Shown piece by piece: positions 9,565 to 22,600 of a stretch of 64,000 nt of DNA (its first letter is position 1; every line of letters starts with the position of its first letter). The position numbers were made by a program, and so were the translations under genes. Location of the stretch: NCBI GenBank assembly GCA_046349515.1, contig JAXMCE010000002.1, positions 27,623 to 91,622 on the forward strand, read 5' to 3'. Source of the stretch: Alphaproteobacteria bacterium. GTDB taxonomy: Bacteria; Pseudomonadota; Alphaproteobacteria; CADEGL01. The notes under the pieces were generated by a model, which worked only from the letters and a program-made list of their open reading frames with translations, searched no databases and was not told the origin of the DNA.

Positions 9565-10377
9565 ATGCGCACCAGTGACGAACTCCGCCGCATCCTGGCC
9601 TGGCACATCGCGGCAGGGGCCGACGAAGCCATCGGCGAAACTCCGGTCGATCGGTACCGGACAGCGACCCAGGCGAAGCCCGCGCCGCCGGCCGCGCCAA
9701 GCCCCGCTCCCCTCGTCCAGCCGCGCCTCGATCCCCCTCTCCGACCCGCGACGGCCACGCACGAGGACGCACGGGAGTTGGCCGCCTCCGCCGCGACCCT
9801 CGATGAGCTTCGCGCCGCGCTCGAACGGTTCGATGGCTGCCCCCTCAAACAGACCGCCATGAATCTGGTGTTCGGCGATGGCAACCCGCGGGCCACGGTC
9901 ATGTTCGTGGGCGAGGCGCCCGGCGAGGAGGAGGATCGCCGCGGACTTCCCTTCGTCGGGGTCAGCGGGAAGCTCCTCGACCGGATGCTCCGCTGGATCG
10001 GCCTCGACCGGACCTCCTTCTACATAACGAATGTCCTCTACTGGCGACCGCCCGGAAACCGCTCGCCCACCCAGGCCGAGGTGGCTGCCTGCCTCCCCTT
10101 CCTCAAACGGCATATCGAACTTGTGGGTCCGCGGCTCCTGGTGTTCGTCGGGGGGGCAGCCGCCTCGGCGCTCCTCGGGCGGGCGGAAGGGATCGGGAAA
10201 CTCCGGGGACGGTGGTTCAATTACGAGTGTCCCGGGTCGACGGAGCCCATTCGGGCCCTCGCGACCTACCACCCGGCCTACCTTTTGCGGTCTCCAGGGC
10301 AGAAGCGGGAGGCTTGGCGCGACCTGCTTTTGATCAAAGATAAGCTGGTCGAGTTGGGGGTACGCCACAACCCCTAG
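9565..10377 (+). CDS. Family-4 uracil-DNA glycosylase with an N-terminal extension of about 90 aa
   Basis: Motifs [17 protein letters not shown] and HPAYLLR, typical of UDG family 4. Confidence 0.8.
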   Translation: MRTSDELRRILAWHIAAGADEAIGETPVDRYRTATQAKPAPPAAPSPAPLVQPRLDPPLRPATATHEDARELAASAATLDELRAALERFDGCPLKQTAMNLVFGDGNPRATVMFVGEAPGEEEDRRGLPFVGVSGKLLDRMLRWIGLDRTSFYITNVLYWRPPGNRSPTQAEVAACLPFLKRHIELVGPRLLVFVGGAAASALLGRAEGIGKLRGRWFNYECPGSTEPIRALATYHPAYLLRSPGQKREAWRDLLLIKDKLVELGVRHNP

Positions 10378-10389
10378 TAATCTCCCTCT

Positions 10390-10416
10390 AAAATATCCAC
10401 AACCTGTGGATATTTT
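10390..10416. promoter_or_regulatory. AT-rich perfect palindrome AAAATATCCACA-acc-TGTGGATATTTT, made of two inverted DnaA-box-like 9-mers. Alternatively an intrinsic terminator hairpin after the UDG gene
   Basis: Read directly from the sequence: 12-bp perfect inverted repeat with a 3-bp spacer, followed by TTTT, in the UDG/slt intergenic region. Confidence 0.4.
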
Positions 10417-10465
10417 TTCCCATTCAATCCTTGCCAAGGGGGCTCCGATCGCCTAAGAGCGCCCC

Positions 10466-12223
10466 ATGGCTCACGTCATCAGACTGTCACCGACGGCAGT
10501 TTCGAGCGTGCAGGCGGCGGTTCGAATCGCCGCCGTAGTCGCCATGGCGGCGGCGCTAAGCACCCCGGTACGGGCAGGACCCAGCCGGACCGAGACAGCC
10601 TCCCTTCCCCATGGCGCCAAATCGTCCGAGGGCATCGGCCTTCCGGCGATCCTCAGCCCTGCGGATGTGAGCACCTACCGCACGATCTTTCAGGAACAGA
10701 CAGCGGCGGATTGGGCGGGGGCCGACAAGGACCTCAAATACCTGAGGGACGGTCGGCTCATCGGCCATGTCTTCGCCCAGCGCTATCTCGACCCCCGCTA
10801 CAGCCCCCGCTACGAGGAGCTGGCGGTCTGGCTCCGCCAATATCCGGACCTGCCGGAAGCGGACGCCATCTACAAGGAGGCGCTCGCGCGTCACGCGAAA
10901 GGGACGAAGCCGCCGCGCCCGCCCGGCTCGTTCGTGACGATCGATGCCGTAGCCGAGAAGGGTGCCGCCCGCCGGCCGACCGTTCCAGCCCGTGGCAAGA
11001 ACGACGCGAACGGAGACGGACCGGCGGCCATGGACTTGGCCGACCAAGAGCCGGTGCTGGATGACACTTCGGCCAGCTTCTTCTTCTCTGGCCAACACCA
11101 GGATGCACTCAACCTGGCCGAGTCCGCGGCGAAGGGCTCCGGCGACCGCGCCGATTCCGCCCATTGGACGGCGGGCCTGTCCGCATGGCGGCTCGGCCTC
11201 ATGGAGCGGGCGGCCGAGCACTTCGGCTCCCTCGCCGCGTCGAGTTCGGCATCCGCCTGGAGCCGGGCGGCCGGCGCCTATTGGACAGCGCGCGCCTACC
11301 AGGCAGCGGGGAACGCGGAGAAAGCCGCGAGTTGGCTTCGCGTCGCCTCCAAGTATTCCCGGACCTTCTACGGCCTCCTGGCGCAGAAGAGCCTCGGTCT
11401 CCCCTCGGCCTTCGATTGGACGGCACCCACCTTGAGCGAGGCGGAACTCAACGCCCTCGCCGCACAGCCGGCGGGCGGTCGCGCCTTCGCCCTGCTCCAG
11501 ATCGGCGAGCGCGCGCTTGCTGACCGCGAGTTGCGCCATGTCCGGGCCGATGACCCTGCGGCGGCGCGGACGCTCATGGCCGTGGCGCTCAAGGCAGAGC
11601 TGCCGGCCCTCGCCATGGTCGCGGGCCGGATCGTCGCCAAGGCGGACGGTCAACACGTGGACAGCGCCCTCTACCCGATTCCGGCCTGGCAGCCGGCGGG
11701 CGGTTATCACGTGGACAAGGCGCTTCTCTTCGCACTCATCCGCCACGAATCCGAATTCAAGACCACGGCCTCGAGCCCGGCCGGCGCGCTCGGCCTCATG
11801 CAGCTCATGCCGAGCACGGCCAGCTACGTGGCCCAGGATGATTCACTCAAAGGCAAAGGCAAGGCGCGCCTCTATCAGCCCGAGTTCAACATCTCGCTGG
11901 GGCAGAGGTACGTGGCCTATCTTCTCGAACACGATGCGGTCCGGGGCGATCTTTTCAGCATGATCGCCGCCTATAACGGCGGCCCCGGGAAACTCGCCAA
12001 GTGGCAGCGGGTGACCGACCACGGCGACGATCCGCTCCTCTTCGTCGAATCGATCCCCTCGCGCGAGACGCGCGTCTTCGTCCAGAAAGTGCTGGCCAGC
12101 TACTGGATCTACAGCGCCCGCCTTGGCCAGGCCGTGCCGTCCCTCGAAGCGATTGCCGCAGGCGAGTGGCCGTCCTATACGTCACAGGACGGCAAGACAG
12201 CGGCCAAGAATGCCCGGCATTGA
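10466..12223 (+). CDS. Lytic murein transglycosylase (Slt-family domain), secreted
   Basis: C-terminal SLT motif LIRHESEFKTTASSPAGALGLMQLMPSTASYVAQ. The N-terminus is signal-like. Confidence 0.75.
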   Translation: MAHVIRLSPTAVSSVQAAVRIAAVVAMAAALSTPVRAGPSRTETASLPHGAKSSEGIGLPAILSPADVSTYRTIFQEQTAADWAGADKDLKYLRDGRLIGHVFAQRYLDPRYSPRYEELAVWLRQYPDLPEADAIYKEALARHAKGTKPPRPPGSFVTIDAVAEKGAARRPTVPARGKNDANGDGPAAMDLADQEPVLDDTSASFFFSGQHQDALNLAESAAKGSGDRADSAHWTAGLSAWRLGLMERAAEHFGSLAASSSASAWSRAAGAYWTARAYQAAGNAEKAASWLRVASKYSRTFYGLLAQKSLGLPSAFDWTAPTLSEAELNALAAQPAGGRAFALLQIGERALADRELRHVRADDPAAARTLMAVALKAELPALAMVAGRIVAKADGQHVDSALYPIPAWQPAGGYHVDKALLFALIRHESEFKTTASSPAGALGLMQLMPSTASYVAQDDSLKGKGKARLYQPEFNISLGQRYVAYLLEHDAVRGDLFSMIAAYNGGPGKLAKWQRVTDHGDDPLLFVESIPSRETRVFVQKVLASYWIYSARLGQAVPSLEAIAAGEWPSYTSQDGKTAAKNARH

Positions 12224-12758
12224 CGAAAACCGACCTTTCATTCCCGTCAACATCGCGGTCCTGACGGTCTCGGACACACGGACCGAGGCCGACGACAAAT
12301 CGGGCGCGACCTTGGCCGAGCGAATCCTCGCGGCCGGGCATCGGCTCGTCGCGCGGCGCATCGTCAAGGACGAGCGTGCGAGCATCGAGAGCCAATTGCG
12401 GAGCTGGATCGCCGATCCGGAGGTTGATGTGGTGATCGCCACGGGCGGCACGGGTCTCACCGGGCGCGACGTCACGCCCGAAGCGTTCCATGCGGTCTAC
12501 GACAAGGAGATCACAGGCTTCGGCGAATTGTTCCGCATGCTGAGCTACGAGAAGATCAAGACCTCGACGATCCAGTCGCGGGCGACGGGCGGGGTCGCGG
12601 GCGGCACTTATCTTTTCGCCCTGCCTGGCTCGCCCGGTGCGTGCCGGGATGGGTGGGACGATATCCTGCGCTTCCAACTCGACAGCCGGTGGCGGCCCTG
12701 CAACCTCGTCGAGCTGATGCCGCGCCTTCTCGAGCACCTCAAAGGATCAGCCGCCTGA
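12210..12758 (+). CDS. moaB: Molybdenum cofactor biosynthesis protein B (MogA/MoaB family)
   Basis: MPGIDENRPFIPVNIAVLTVSDTRTEADDKSGA...GGTGLTGRDVTPEA from ATG 12210. Overlaps the slt 3' end by 14 nt. Confidence 0.8.
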   Translation: MPGIDENRPFIPVNIAVLTVSDTRTEADDKSGATLAERILAAGHRLVARRIVKDERASIESQLRSWIADPEVDVVIATGGTGLTGRDVTPEAFHAVYDKEITGFGELFRMLSYEKIKTSTIQSRATGGVAGGTYLFALPGSPGACRDGWDDILRFQLDSRWRPCNLVELMPRLLEHLKGSAA

Positions 12759-13373
12759 CACGCCCGGCGGGCGCGCCGGACCCACGTGCCCGAGGCGTTC
12801 GTAGCTGGCCCTGTCGTCCACGTCTTCGAGCGTATCGATCATCGCGACGGCGTAGTTCTTCGGCAGCGACGCGCACGTGTCAGCGAGCGCATACCGTGTC
12901 GACCAGCGCACATCCTTGAATTCGACGGATGCGCCGCGCCGGCGCGCGAGCCCGATAAGCCAGTAGCCGCCATCGGCAGCAGGGCCGAAGACGACATCCG
13001 CCCGCCCGAGGGCGCGGAAGGCGCGGTCGATATGGCCAGCGCCGAGCGACGGGATGTCCGTGCCGACGAGAACGACAGGACCCGGCGGCTGCGCGCGGAA
13101 CGCCCGGCCCATCCTCGCGCCGAGATCGCCAGGCCCTTGCGCGAAGCGCACAGCACCCTTGGGCCAGTCGCCAGGCGCATGGGCGAACCTGTCCGGCGCC
13201 ATGAAGAGCGACGTCCGCCAGCGCCTGTCCCGCGCAAGGCGGATCAGCACGCGCCGCATCGTGGTCTGGTAGAAACGCCATGCCTCGACATCACCGATGC
13301 CCGCGGCGAGGCGCCGCTTGACCTGGGCCAAGCGCGGGGCTTTCGCGAAGATGATGAGGCAGCGTCGTCTCAC
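12747..13373 (-). CDS. DUF2064-family (TIGR04282-like) putative glycosyltransferase
   Basis: Conserved N-terminus CLIIFAKAPRLAQVKRRLAAGIG. The proposed GTG start at 13373 directly abuts the upstream GT2 stop (13370-13372). The track ORF extends to 13475. Confidence 0.6.
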   Translation of the reverse strand: MRRRCLIIFAKAPRLAQVKRRLAAGIGDVEAWRFYQTTMRRVLIRLARDRRWRTSLFMAPDRFAHAPGDWPKGAVRFAQGPGDLGARMGRAFRAQPPGPVVLVGTDIPSLGAGHIDRAFRALGRADVVFGPAADGGYWLIGLARRRGASVEFKDVRWSTRYALADTCASLPKNYAVAMIDTLEDVDDRASYERLGHVGPARPPGVSGG

Positions 13374-14071
13374 GGACGTCTCGGTGCTGCGTAAAGGCGG
13401 GCGATCAGGCGAGGCGGCAATCCGGCGAAATAGAGCCCGAGGCAGGAGAGGTTCCGGAGCGGACGCAGGATCCATCCGCCATGGCGATAGCGGTCGGCCG
13501 AGGTCACGGCCGGCGTGTCGAGAAGGACGAGCCGCCTGCGCCCGATCCGTCGCACCAAGTCCACGTCCTCCATGATGGGAATGCGCTTGTAGCCGCCAAG
13601 CTCGCGATAGAACGCGGATGAGATGAGGAGTCCCTGATCGCCGTAAGGCAAGCCGAGCCTGCGCGTGCGCCAGCCGACGACCGCCTCGAGCCGGCGCGCC
13701 GACGCGCTTGGATCATCAAGGGCGAAGCGCAAGACCGCCGCTCGGTCCCTGTTTGACGGCTCGGCCATGAAGCGCCGGAAGGTTTCGGTCCAGCCGTGCC
13801 CCGGGATCGTGTCCGCGTGAAGGAAGAACAGCCAGTCAGCCTCGGCCGAATCGGCGCCCGCGGCGAGCTGCGTGCCCCGGCCCCGGCCCGCCCGCACGAT
13901 GCGCGCGCCGCAGCCAACAGCCACGTCCACCGTCGCGTCCGTCGATCCCCCGTCAGCGAGGACGATCTCGAGCGGCAGCTCCTCGGCCGCCCTCACCAAG
14001 GCTGCGAGGACAGGCGGCAGGTGGCGCGCGGCATTCAAGGCCGGAATCACGACGCTCAATAGCGGGGCCAT
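13370..14071 (-). CDS. Family-2 glycosyltransferase (TIGR04283-like)
   Basis: MAPLLSVVIPALNAARHLPPVLAALV...LADGGSTDAT from ATG 14071. Immediately followed by the DUF2064 gene. Confidence 0.7.
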   Translation of the reverse strand: MAPLLSVVIPALNAARHLPPVLAALVRAAEELPLEIVLADGGSTDATVDVAVGCGARIVRAGRGRGTQLAAGADSAEADWLFFLHADTIPGHGWTETFRRFMAEPSNRDRAAVLRFALDDPSASARRLEAVVGWRTRRLGLPYGDQGLLISSAFYRELGGYKRIPIMEDVDLVRRIGRRRLVLLDTPAVTSADRYRHGGWILRPLRNLSCLGLYFAGLPPRLIARLYAAPRRP

Positions 14072-14216
14072 CGCGATATCTTGCTCGGTGCGACGAACTG
14101 CGGCGCGATGATAGGCGTCCACGGTGGGCCCCGCACGCGCTGCCGCAATATATTGATGTGTATGATTAGAATCGTTTGTTCTTGAAATGTTCTTTAACCC
14201 TCGGCATGGTTCAAGG

Positions 14217-15302
14217 ATGGAGCCAAGAGCCATTGCCGCGACGAAGAAAGGCCGGGGCGCCCGGAGCAACGCATCCGGCCGCTTTGAGCCGACGACGCGC
14301 GTCGTCGTGGACGACGGCTGGGAGAGGAGCGACGACGACGAGTTGCCGCCACTCAGGACCACGGTCACGGTCGATTCGACCCGCACCATCATCGCGAGGA
14401 ACGACTCGCCCGATATTCCCTTCGACCGCTCGATCAACCCCTATCGCGGCTGCGAGCATGGCTGCATCTACTGCTTTGCCCGGCCGAGCCACGCCTATCT
14501 CGGCCTGTCGCCGGGCCTCGATTTCGAGAGCCGCCTGTTTGCCAAGCCCGATGCCGCGCGCCTTCTCGAACGGGAGTTGAGGGCACCGTCCTATCGGTGC
14601 GAGGTGATGGCGCTCGGCACCAACACCGATCCGTACCAGCCGATCGAGCGTCGGCTCACCGTCACGCGCCAGATCCTCGAAGTGCTCTCGGCCTTCTCGC
14701 ACCCCGTCGGGATCGTCACCAAGTCGGCGCTCGTCGCGCGCGACATCGACATCCTGGCACCGATGGCCAAGCGAAAGCTGGCGCGCGTCTTCCTCTCCAT
14801 CACGACGCTCGATCCCGTGCTCGCACGACGCATGGAGCCGCGCGCGGCGACGCCGGCGCGCCGCCTCGAGACGATCAAGGCGTTGGCCGATGCCGGGATT
14901 CCCGTGGGCGTCATGGCGGCGCCGATGATCCCAGCGCTCAACGACCGGGAGCTCGAATCGATTCTCGAGGCTGCGGCCGGAGCGGGCGCGAGCGCGGCCG
15001 GCTACATCCTTCTCCGCCTGCCGCTCGAGATCAAAGATCTATTCGCCGAATGGCTTGAAGGCCACTACCCGGACAGGGCCAAGCACGTGCTCAACCTCGT
15101 GCGCGGCGCGCGCGGCGGCGCCCTCTATGATCCGAAATTCGGCGAACGCATGCGCGGCAAGGGCGCTTATGCCGACTTGCTCGCAAACCGATTCGCCGTC
15201 GCCACGAAACGCTTGGGCCTCGATCGGCGCGAGGACGACGCACTCGACACGAGCCAGTTCAAGCCACCGCCCATGGCCGGCGATCAGCTGAGCTTGCTCT
15301 AG
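14217..15302 (+). CDS. Radical SAM protein, PA0069-like family
   Basis: CxxxCxxC motif CEHGCIYCF. N-terminus MEPRAIAATKKGRGARSNASGRFE matches the PA0069-type start. An AAGG SD sits before ATG 14217. Divergent from the GT2/DUF2064 pair. Confidence 0.75.
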   Translation: MEPRAIAATKKGRGARSNASGRFEPTTRVVVDDGWERSDDDELPPLRTTVTVDSTRTIIARNDSPDIPFDRSINPYRGCEHGCIYCFARPSHAYLGLSPGLDFESRLFAKPDAARLLERELRAPSYRCEVMALGTNTDPYQPIERRLTVTRQILEVLSAFSHPVGIVTKSALVARDIDILAPMAKRKLARVFLSITTLDPVLARRMEPRAATPARRLETIKALADAGIPVGVMAAPMIPALNDRELESILEAAAGAGASAAGYILLRLPLEIKDLFAEWLEGHYPDRAKHVLNLVRGARGGALYDPKFGERMRGKGAYADLLANRFAVATKRLGLDRREDDALDTSQFKPPPMAGDQLSLL

Positions 15303-15978
15303 GCGCCCACGCGGCCCTCGACTCTGCTACGATCGTCCATGAGCGGATGACGGGGCGGGGGTCGTGCCGGATTTTTCCCACGAACGGAAGACAAGCGGCA
15401 TCGTCATCGGCATCGACGAGGCGGGGCGGGGTCCCTGGGCCGGGCCGGTCATGGCGGCGGCGGTTCTCCTCGACCGGGAACGCCTCTCCCCTCTTCTCCG
15501 CGACGGCCTCGCGGATTCGAAGACTCTGTCGCGCGAGCGCCGCTCTGTCCTTTTCGAGGCGCTTCTCCGCGAGGCGCGCTTCGGCATCGGAGCCGCGAGC
15601 GTCGAAGAGATCGATCGTCACAACATCCTCAAGGCGACGTTCCGCGCCATGGCGCGCGCCGTCCGCGCCCTCGGTATCCGGCCCGATTTGGCGCTCGTCG
15701 ACGGCAACCGGGCGCCGCCGCTCCCTTGCCCCGTCGAGACGATCATCAAAGGTGATTCGCTGAGCCTTTCCATTGCAGCCGCCTCAATCATCGCCAAGGT
15801 GACGCGCGACCGGCTCATGGACTCGCTCGCCCGGCGTTATCCCGGCTTCGGCTGGGAGCGGAACGCCGGCTACGGCACGGCCGAGCACCAAGCGGCGCTC
15901 GACCGCTTCGGCGTGACACCCCACCACCGCCGCAGCTTCGCCCCCATTGCCCAACATCTTGTGGTATCAGGGCCCGCA

Positions 15979-18277
<2,299 letters not shown>

Positions 18278-18372
18278 GTTGATGGCTGGCGCTCCTATGC
18301 CCTAAGAGTGTTCGCGCATCCCGCCCTGTCGCGTAGCATAGGAACGATGCCCGAAACACAGGCAATGATCCC

Positions 18373-18861
18373 ATGAACGACCGGCGAGGACGCGGCCCCA
18401 AGGCGCTCGGTGCCGTGCTGCCGGAGCTTGCGCGGAAGTCGCTCCGCCGGGGCGGGGCCACCTTGGCGCGCCTCGTCGCCGATTGGCCGACGATCGTCGG
18501 CGAGACGCTGGCGCCCTACTGCGTGCCGCGCCGGCTCGTCGACCGCGATCAGGAAAACGAGGCCGCGACGCTCGTGCTCGGTGCCCATGGCCCGATCGCG
18601 CTCGAGCTTCAGCACCTGGAGCCCGTGCTCATCGAGCGGATCAACGCCCACCTTGGCTACGGTGCGATCAAGCGGATCCGCCTTGTCCAGGATGCGCCGC
18701 GCCAGGGGCCAAGCCGGGCAAAGCCACCGGCACGGCCGAGCGAGGGACCTGCCCAGCCCCTTCCCGATGTCGGGGCCGTCGAGGACAGCGAGCTTCGCGC
18801 GGCCCTGGCGCGCCTCGGCCAGGCGGTGGCCGCGCGCGCCGAGTCCCCGTCGAAGGGTTGA
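18373..18861 (+). CDS. dciA: DUF721/DciA-like protein
   Basis: 162-aa basic protein in the position DUF721 usually occupies in alphaproteobacteria, between mutY and the dsbA-like/smc genes. The overlapping 379-aa ORF in another frame is rejected. Confidence 0.55.
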   Translation: MNDRRGRGPKALGAVLPELARKSLRRGGATLARLVADWPTIVGETLAPYCVPRRLVDRDQENEAATLVLGAHGPIALELQHLEPVLIERINAHLGYGAIKRIRLVQDAPRQGPSRAKPPARPSEGPAQPLPDVGAVEDSELRAALARLGQAVAARAESPSKG

Positions 18862-18950
18862 GGCCGAATCATGCGCAAGGCGCTCATTTCCGCCACTTTT
18901 CCGGGTTCTTGTAGAGGCTCGGGGGCGCCGATATACTCGCCCCATATCTT

Positions 18951-19577
18951 GTGGATCGGAGTCTGGTTTTGAGGACTTCCCTACTACGGTTAGTCGCAGT
19001 CCTGTGCTTCGCCCTGGCCCTGGTAGGCCTGGCGCAGGCGGCCCCTCTTTCCCTCGAGGAGGCCATGGCCGACCGCGTGATCGGCAAGCCCGAGGCCCCC
19101 GTCACCATCATCGAGTATGCCTCCCTGACCTGCCCCCACTGCGCCGCCTTCCACCGCGACACCCTGCCCAAGCTCAAGTCGCAGTACATCGAGACGGGCA
19201 AGATCAAGCTCATCTTCCGCGACTTCCCGCTCGACAGCCGCGCGACGGTCGCCGCCATGGTTGCGCGCTGCGCCCCCCGCGATCGCTATTTCAGCTTTGT
19301 CGACGCGCTCTTCCGCGGACAGGACCAGTGGGCGCGCTCCGACGACCCGATGAAGGCGCTGGCCCAGATCGCACGACTCGGCGGCATGACCGAAGCCGAT
19401 TTCGAGGCGTGCACCAAGAACGAGGCTCTGTTCCAGGCCGTGCGCAAGGAACGCGCCGATGCCGAGAGTCAGTTCGGCGTCAACGCGACGCCCAGCTTCA
19501 TCATCAACGGCAAGAAAGCCGACAATGTCTTCTCCTTCGAGAGCTTTGAGAAAGCCTTGAAGCCTCTCGTGAAGTAA
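18951..19577 (+). CDS. Secreted DsbA-family thiol:disulfide oxidoreductase
   Basis: Signal peptide, then thioredoxin CPHC motif (ASLTCPHCAAFH). Confidence 0.75.
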   Translation: MDRSLVLRTSLLRLVAVLCFALALVGLAQAAPLSLEEAMADRVIGKPEAPVTIIEYASLTCPHCAAFHRDTLPKLKSQYIETGKIKLIFRDFPLDSRATVAAMVARCAPRDRYFSFVDALFRGQDQWARSDDPMKALAQIARLGGMTEADFEACTKNEALFQAVRKERADAESQFGVNATPSFIINGKKADNVFSFESFEKALKPLVK

Positions 19578-19608
19578 CCCTCGTCATCGTCTGCTCCGGA
19601 ACCGTCTC

Positions 19609-22600
19609 TTGGTTCATTTCGCCAAACTTCGACTTGCCGGGTTCAAATCCTTCGTGGAGCCGAGCGAGCTCGTCATCGAACCCGGCCTCACGGGCGTCGT
19701 CGGCCCCAATGGCTGCGGCAAGTCGAACCTCGTCGACGCCTTGCGCTGGGTCATGGCCGAGAGCTCGGCCAAGGAAATGCGCGGCGGCGAGATGGACGAC
19801 GTCATCTTCGGCGGCACGGCGGACCGGCCGGCGCGCAACATCGCCGAAGTCTCGATCATTCTCGACAATGCGGACCGCACGGCCCCGGCCGCGTTCAACG
19901 GTGACGAAGCGCTCGAAGTTACGCGCCGGATCGAGCGAGGCGAAGGCTCGCACTACCGGGTGAACGGCCGGGACGTCCGCGCCCGCGACGTGGCCCTTCT
20001 CTTCGCCGACGTGGCGAGCGGCGCGCGCTCGACCGCCATCGTGAGCCAGGGCCGCGTGGGCTCGCTTGTCGCGGCACGGCCGATCGACCGGCGCGCGCTC
20101 CTCGAGGAAGCGGCCGGCATCACCGGCCTCCACAACCGGCGGCACGAGGCGGAGCTGCGCCTGCGCGCGGCCGAGACGAATCTGCAACGCCTCGACGACG
20201 TGCTGGTGACGCTCGATTCCCAATTCGAAGGCCTGAAGAAGCAGGCGCGCCAGGCGAATCGCTATCGGAACCTGAGCGATCACATCCGCCGCGCCGAAGC
20301 CATGCTGCTCTACCGGCGCTGGCGCGACGCGCGCGCGGCCGTCGAGGCCGCCCGCCAGCGCTTCGCCGAGGCCGATGCGCGGGTCGCGGACCTGACCGGC
20401 GTCGCCGCGCGGGCAGCAACGACCCAGGCCGAAGCCGCCCAGCGCCTGGCCCCACTCCGCCAGGCCGAGGCCGAGGCTGCAGCGGAACTCCACCGCCTGG
20501 CCGTCGCGCTCGACGGACTCGATGCCGAGGAAAGCCGCGTCCAGGCGGCCCAGGCCGAGCTCGTGGCGCGCCTCGATCAGATCGAAGCGGACAAATCGCG
20601 CGAGCGGACGCTCGAGTTGGATACGAAGGCCGCGCGCGAACGGCTTTCCGGCGAACGGAGCACCCTCACCGCGGCCCAGACCGACGAAGCCGAGCACGAG
20701 CGCGGCGCGCGCGACGAGGTCCAGGCGGCGACGACCGATGCGGAAGCGGTCGAAAGCGAGCTCGCGGCGCTCACCGCCGCGATCGCCCAGACCGAAGCGC
20801 GCCGCGCCGAACTCACCCAGCGCCGGACCGACAGCCGCGAGCGGATCGAGCGGCTGAGCACCCTTCTTCGCGACATGGCGAACGAGATCGCCTCGATCCG
20901 TGCGAGTGCCGTGGCCGATCAGGACCTCGCGAGCGCCTCGGTCGCGCGCGAGCGGGCGCGGGTCGACCTCGAGGCGGCTCAAGCGCGGGTCGGCGAGGCC
21001 GACGCGGCACGGACAGAGGCCGAGGAGGCGGAGCACGCCGCGCGCGAGGCCTTGCGGGAGGTCGAAGCGGCGGTCGCCAAGCTGCGTGCGGAGGAGCGCG
21101 CGCTCGCCGAGCTGCTCAAGGCGAGCGAAAGCGACATGTGGCCGCCCATTATCGATCGCATCACGGTCGAGGCCGGCTACGAGGCGGCGCTCGGCGCGGC
21201 CCTGGGCGATGACCTCGCCGCGCCGGCGGATGAGGGAGCCCCCGTCCATTGGCGAAGCCTTCCGCCTTACGATCAGCCGGCGGCCCTGCCGGAGGGCGTC
21301 GTCGCTTTGAGCCAGCATGTGCGAGCGCCCGAGACCCTGGCGCGCCGGCTCTCCCAAGTCGGCTTCGTCGAGACGGCAGCGGACGGCATGGCGCGTGCTG
21401 CACAGTTGGCGCCCGGTCAAAGGCTCGTCTCGCGCGATGGCGCTCTCTGGCGCTGGGACGGCTTCACCGTCCGGGCCGGCGCCAGCACGACGGCCGCGAC
21501 CCGTCTCGCCCAGCGCAATCGCCTGACGTCACTCCGCCCGGCGCTCGAAGCAGCCGAACGCGAACTCAAGGACGCCCAGGCCACCCACGACCGGGCCCGC
21601 GAGACGAGCCAAGCCGCGGCGCGGTCCGCGCGCGAGGCGCAGGACGCGGCGCAGCGCCGCCTTGCCCAACTTGACGAAGCGCGCGAGCACCACGCGGCAC
21701 TTGCCCAACGCTCCTCCGCCGACGCTTCGCGCCTCTCGATGCTCGAAGCCAATGCCGCGCGCAGCGAGCGAGAGCGCGAGGAGGCCGAAGCGAAGCTCGC
21801 GGATGCCGAACAAGGACTCGCGTCCCTCGCGGACGGCACATCGAGCCAGGCGTCCCTCGAGCGCCTTCGCGCCAGTCTCGCGGAGAAGCGGGCCTCGCTC
21901 GCCGAACGGCAGAGCCGGCTCGACCGTTTCATCCGCGAGGCCGAGGTGCGCAAGCACCGGCTCGAGGACATCGCCAAGGAAGACGATTTCTGGCGCGAGC
22001 GCTCCGAGGCGGCGGCGCGGCAACTGGCGTCGCTCGACGAGCGCGCGGCCACCGCGCAAGCCGAGCAGGCGCGGCTGGCCGAACGCCCTGCCGAGATCGC
22101 CACTCAAAGAAACGCTCTCTCAGACCGGATCGCGGTCGCGGAAGCCAAGCGCAGGGAGGCCGCCGACGCCCTGCTGAACGCCGAGGGACACCTCGCCGAG
22201 GCCGACAAGCAGCTGAAATCGGCGGAGCAGGCGCTGGGCGAGGCGCGCGAGGATCGCGTGCGGTCGGAAGCCGCGGTCGAGCAGGCCGAACAGGCCAGCA
22301 CCAACATCGCCGAGCGAATCGCGGAGCGCCTGGATTGCGCGCCGGAGGCGGCCCTCGAGGTCGCAGGCGTCAAGGACGAGACGGAGCTTGCGGACCTCGC
22401 CCATCTCGAAGGGCGGCTCGACCGGCTTCACCGCGAGCGCGACAACATGGGAGCCGTCAACCTCCGCGCCGAGCAGGAAGCGGCCGAGCTCGGCGAGAAG
22501 ATCACGGCCCTCCGCGGCGAACGCGAAGACCTTCTTGCCGCGATCGCGCGCCTGCGCGACGGCATTGCCGAACTCAATCGCGAAGGCCGCCAGCGTCTCC

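Noticed and set aside
10390-10416. Possible replication origin, because of paired DnaA-box-like 9-mers
   Set aside because: There are only two boxes, with no AT-rich unwinding element array and no dnaA, hemE or parAB context. A terminator or operator is more likely (kept as a finding with those interpretations).
18410-19549. 379-aa ORF overlapping dciA and the DsbA-like gene in another frame
   Set aside because: Its frame is not supported by homology. The DUF721-like and DsbA-like ORFs in the other frames carry recognisable motifs (CPHC, signal peptide).
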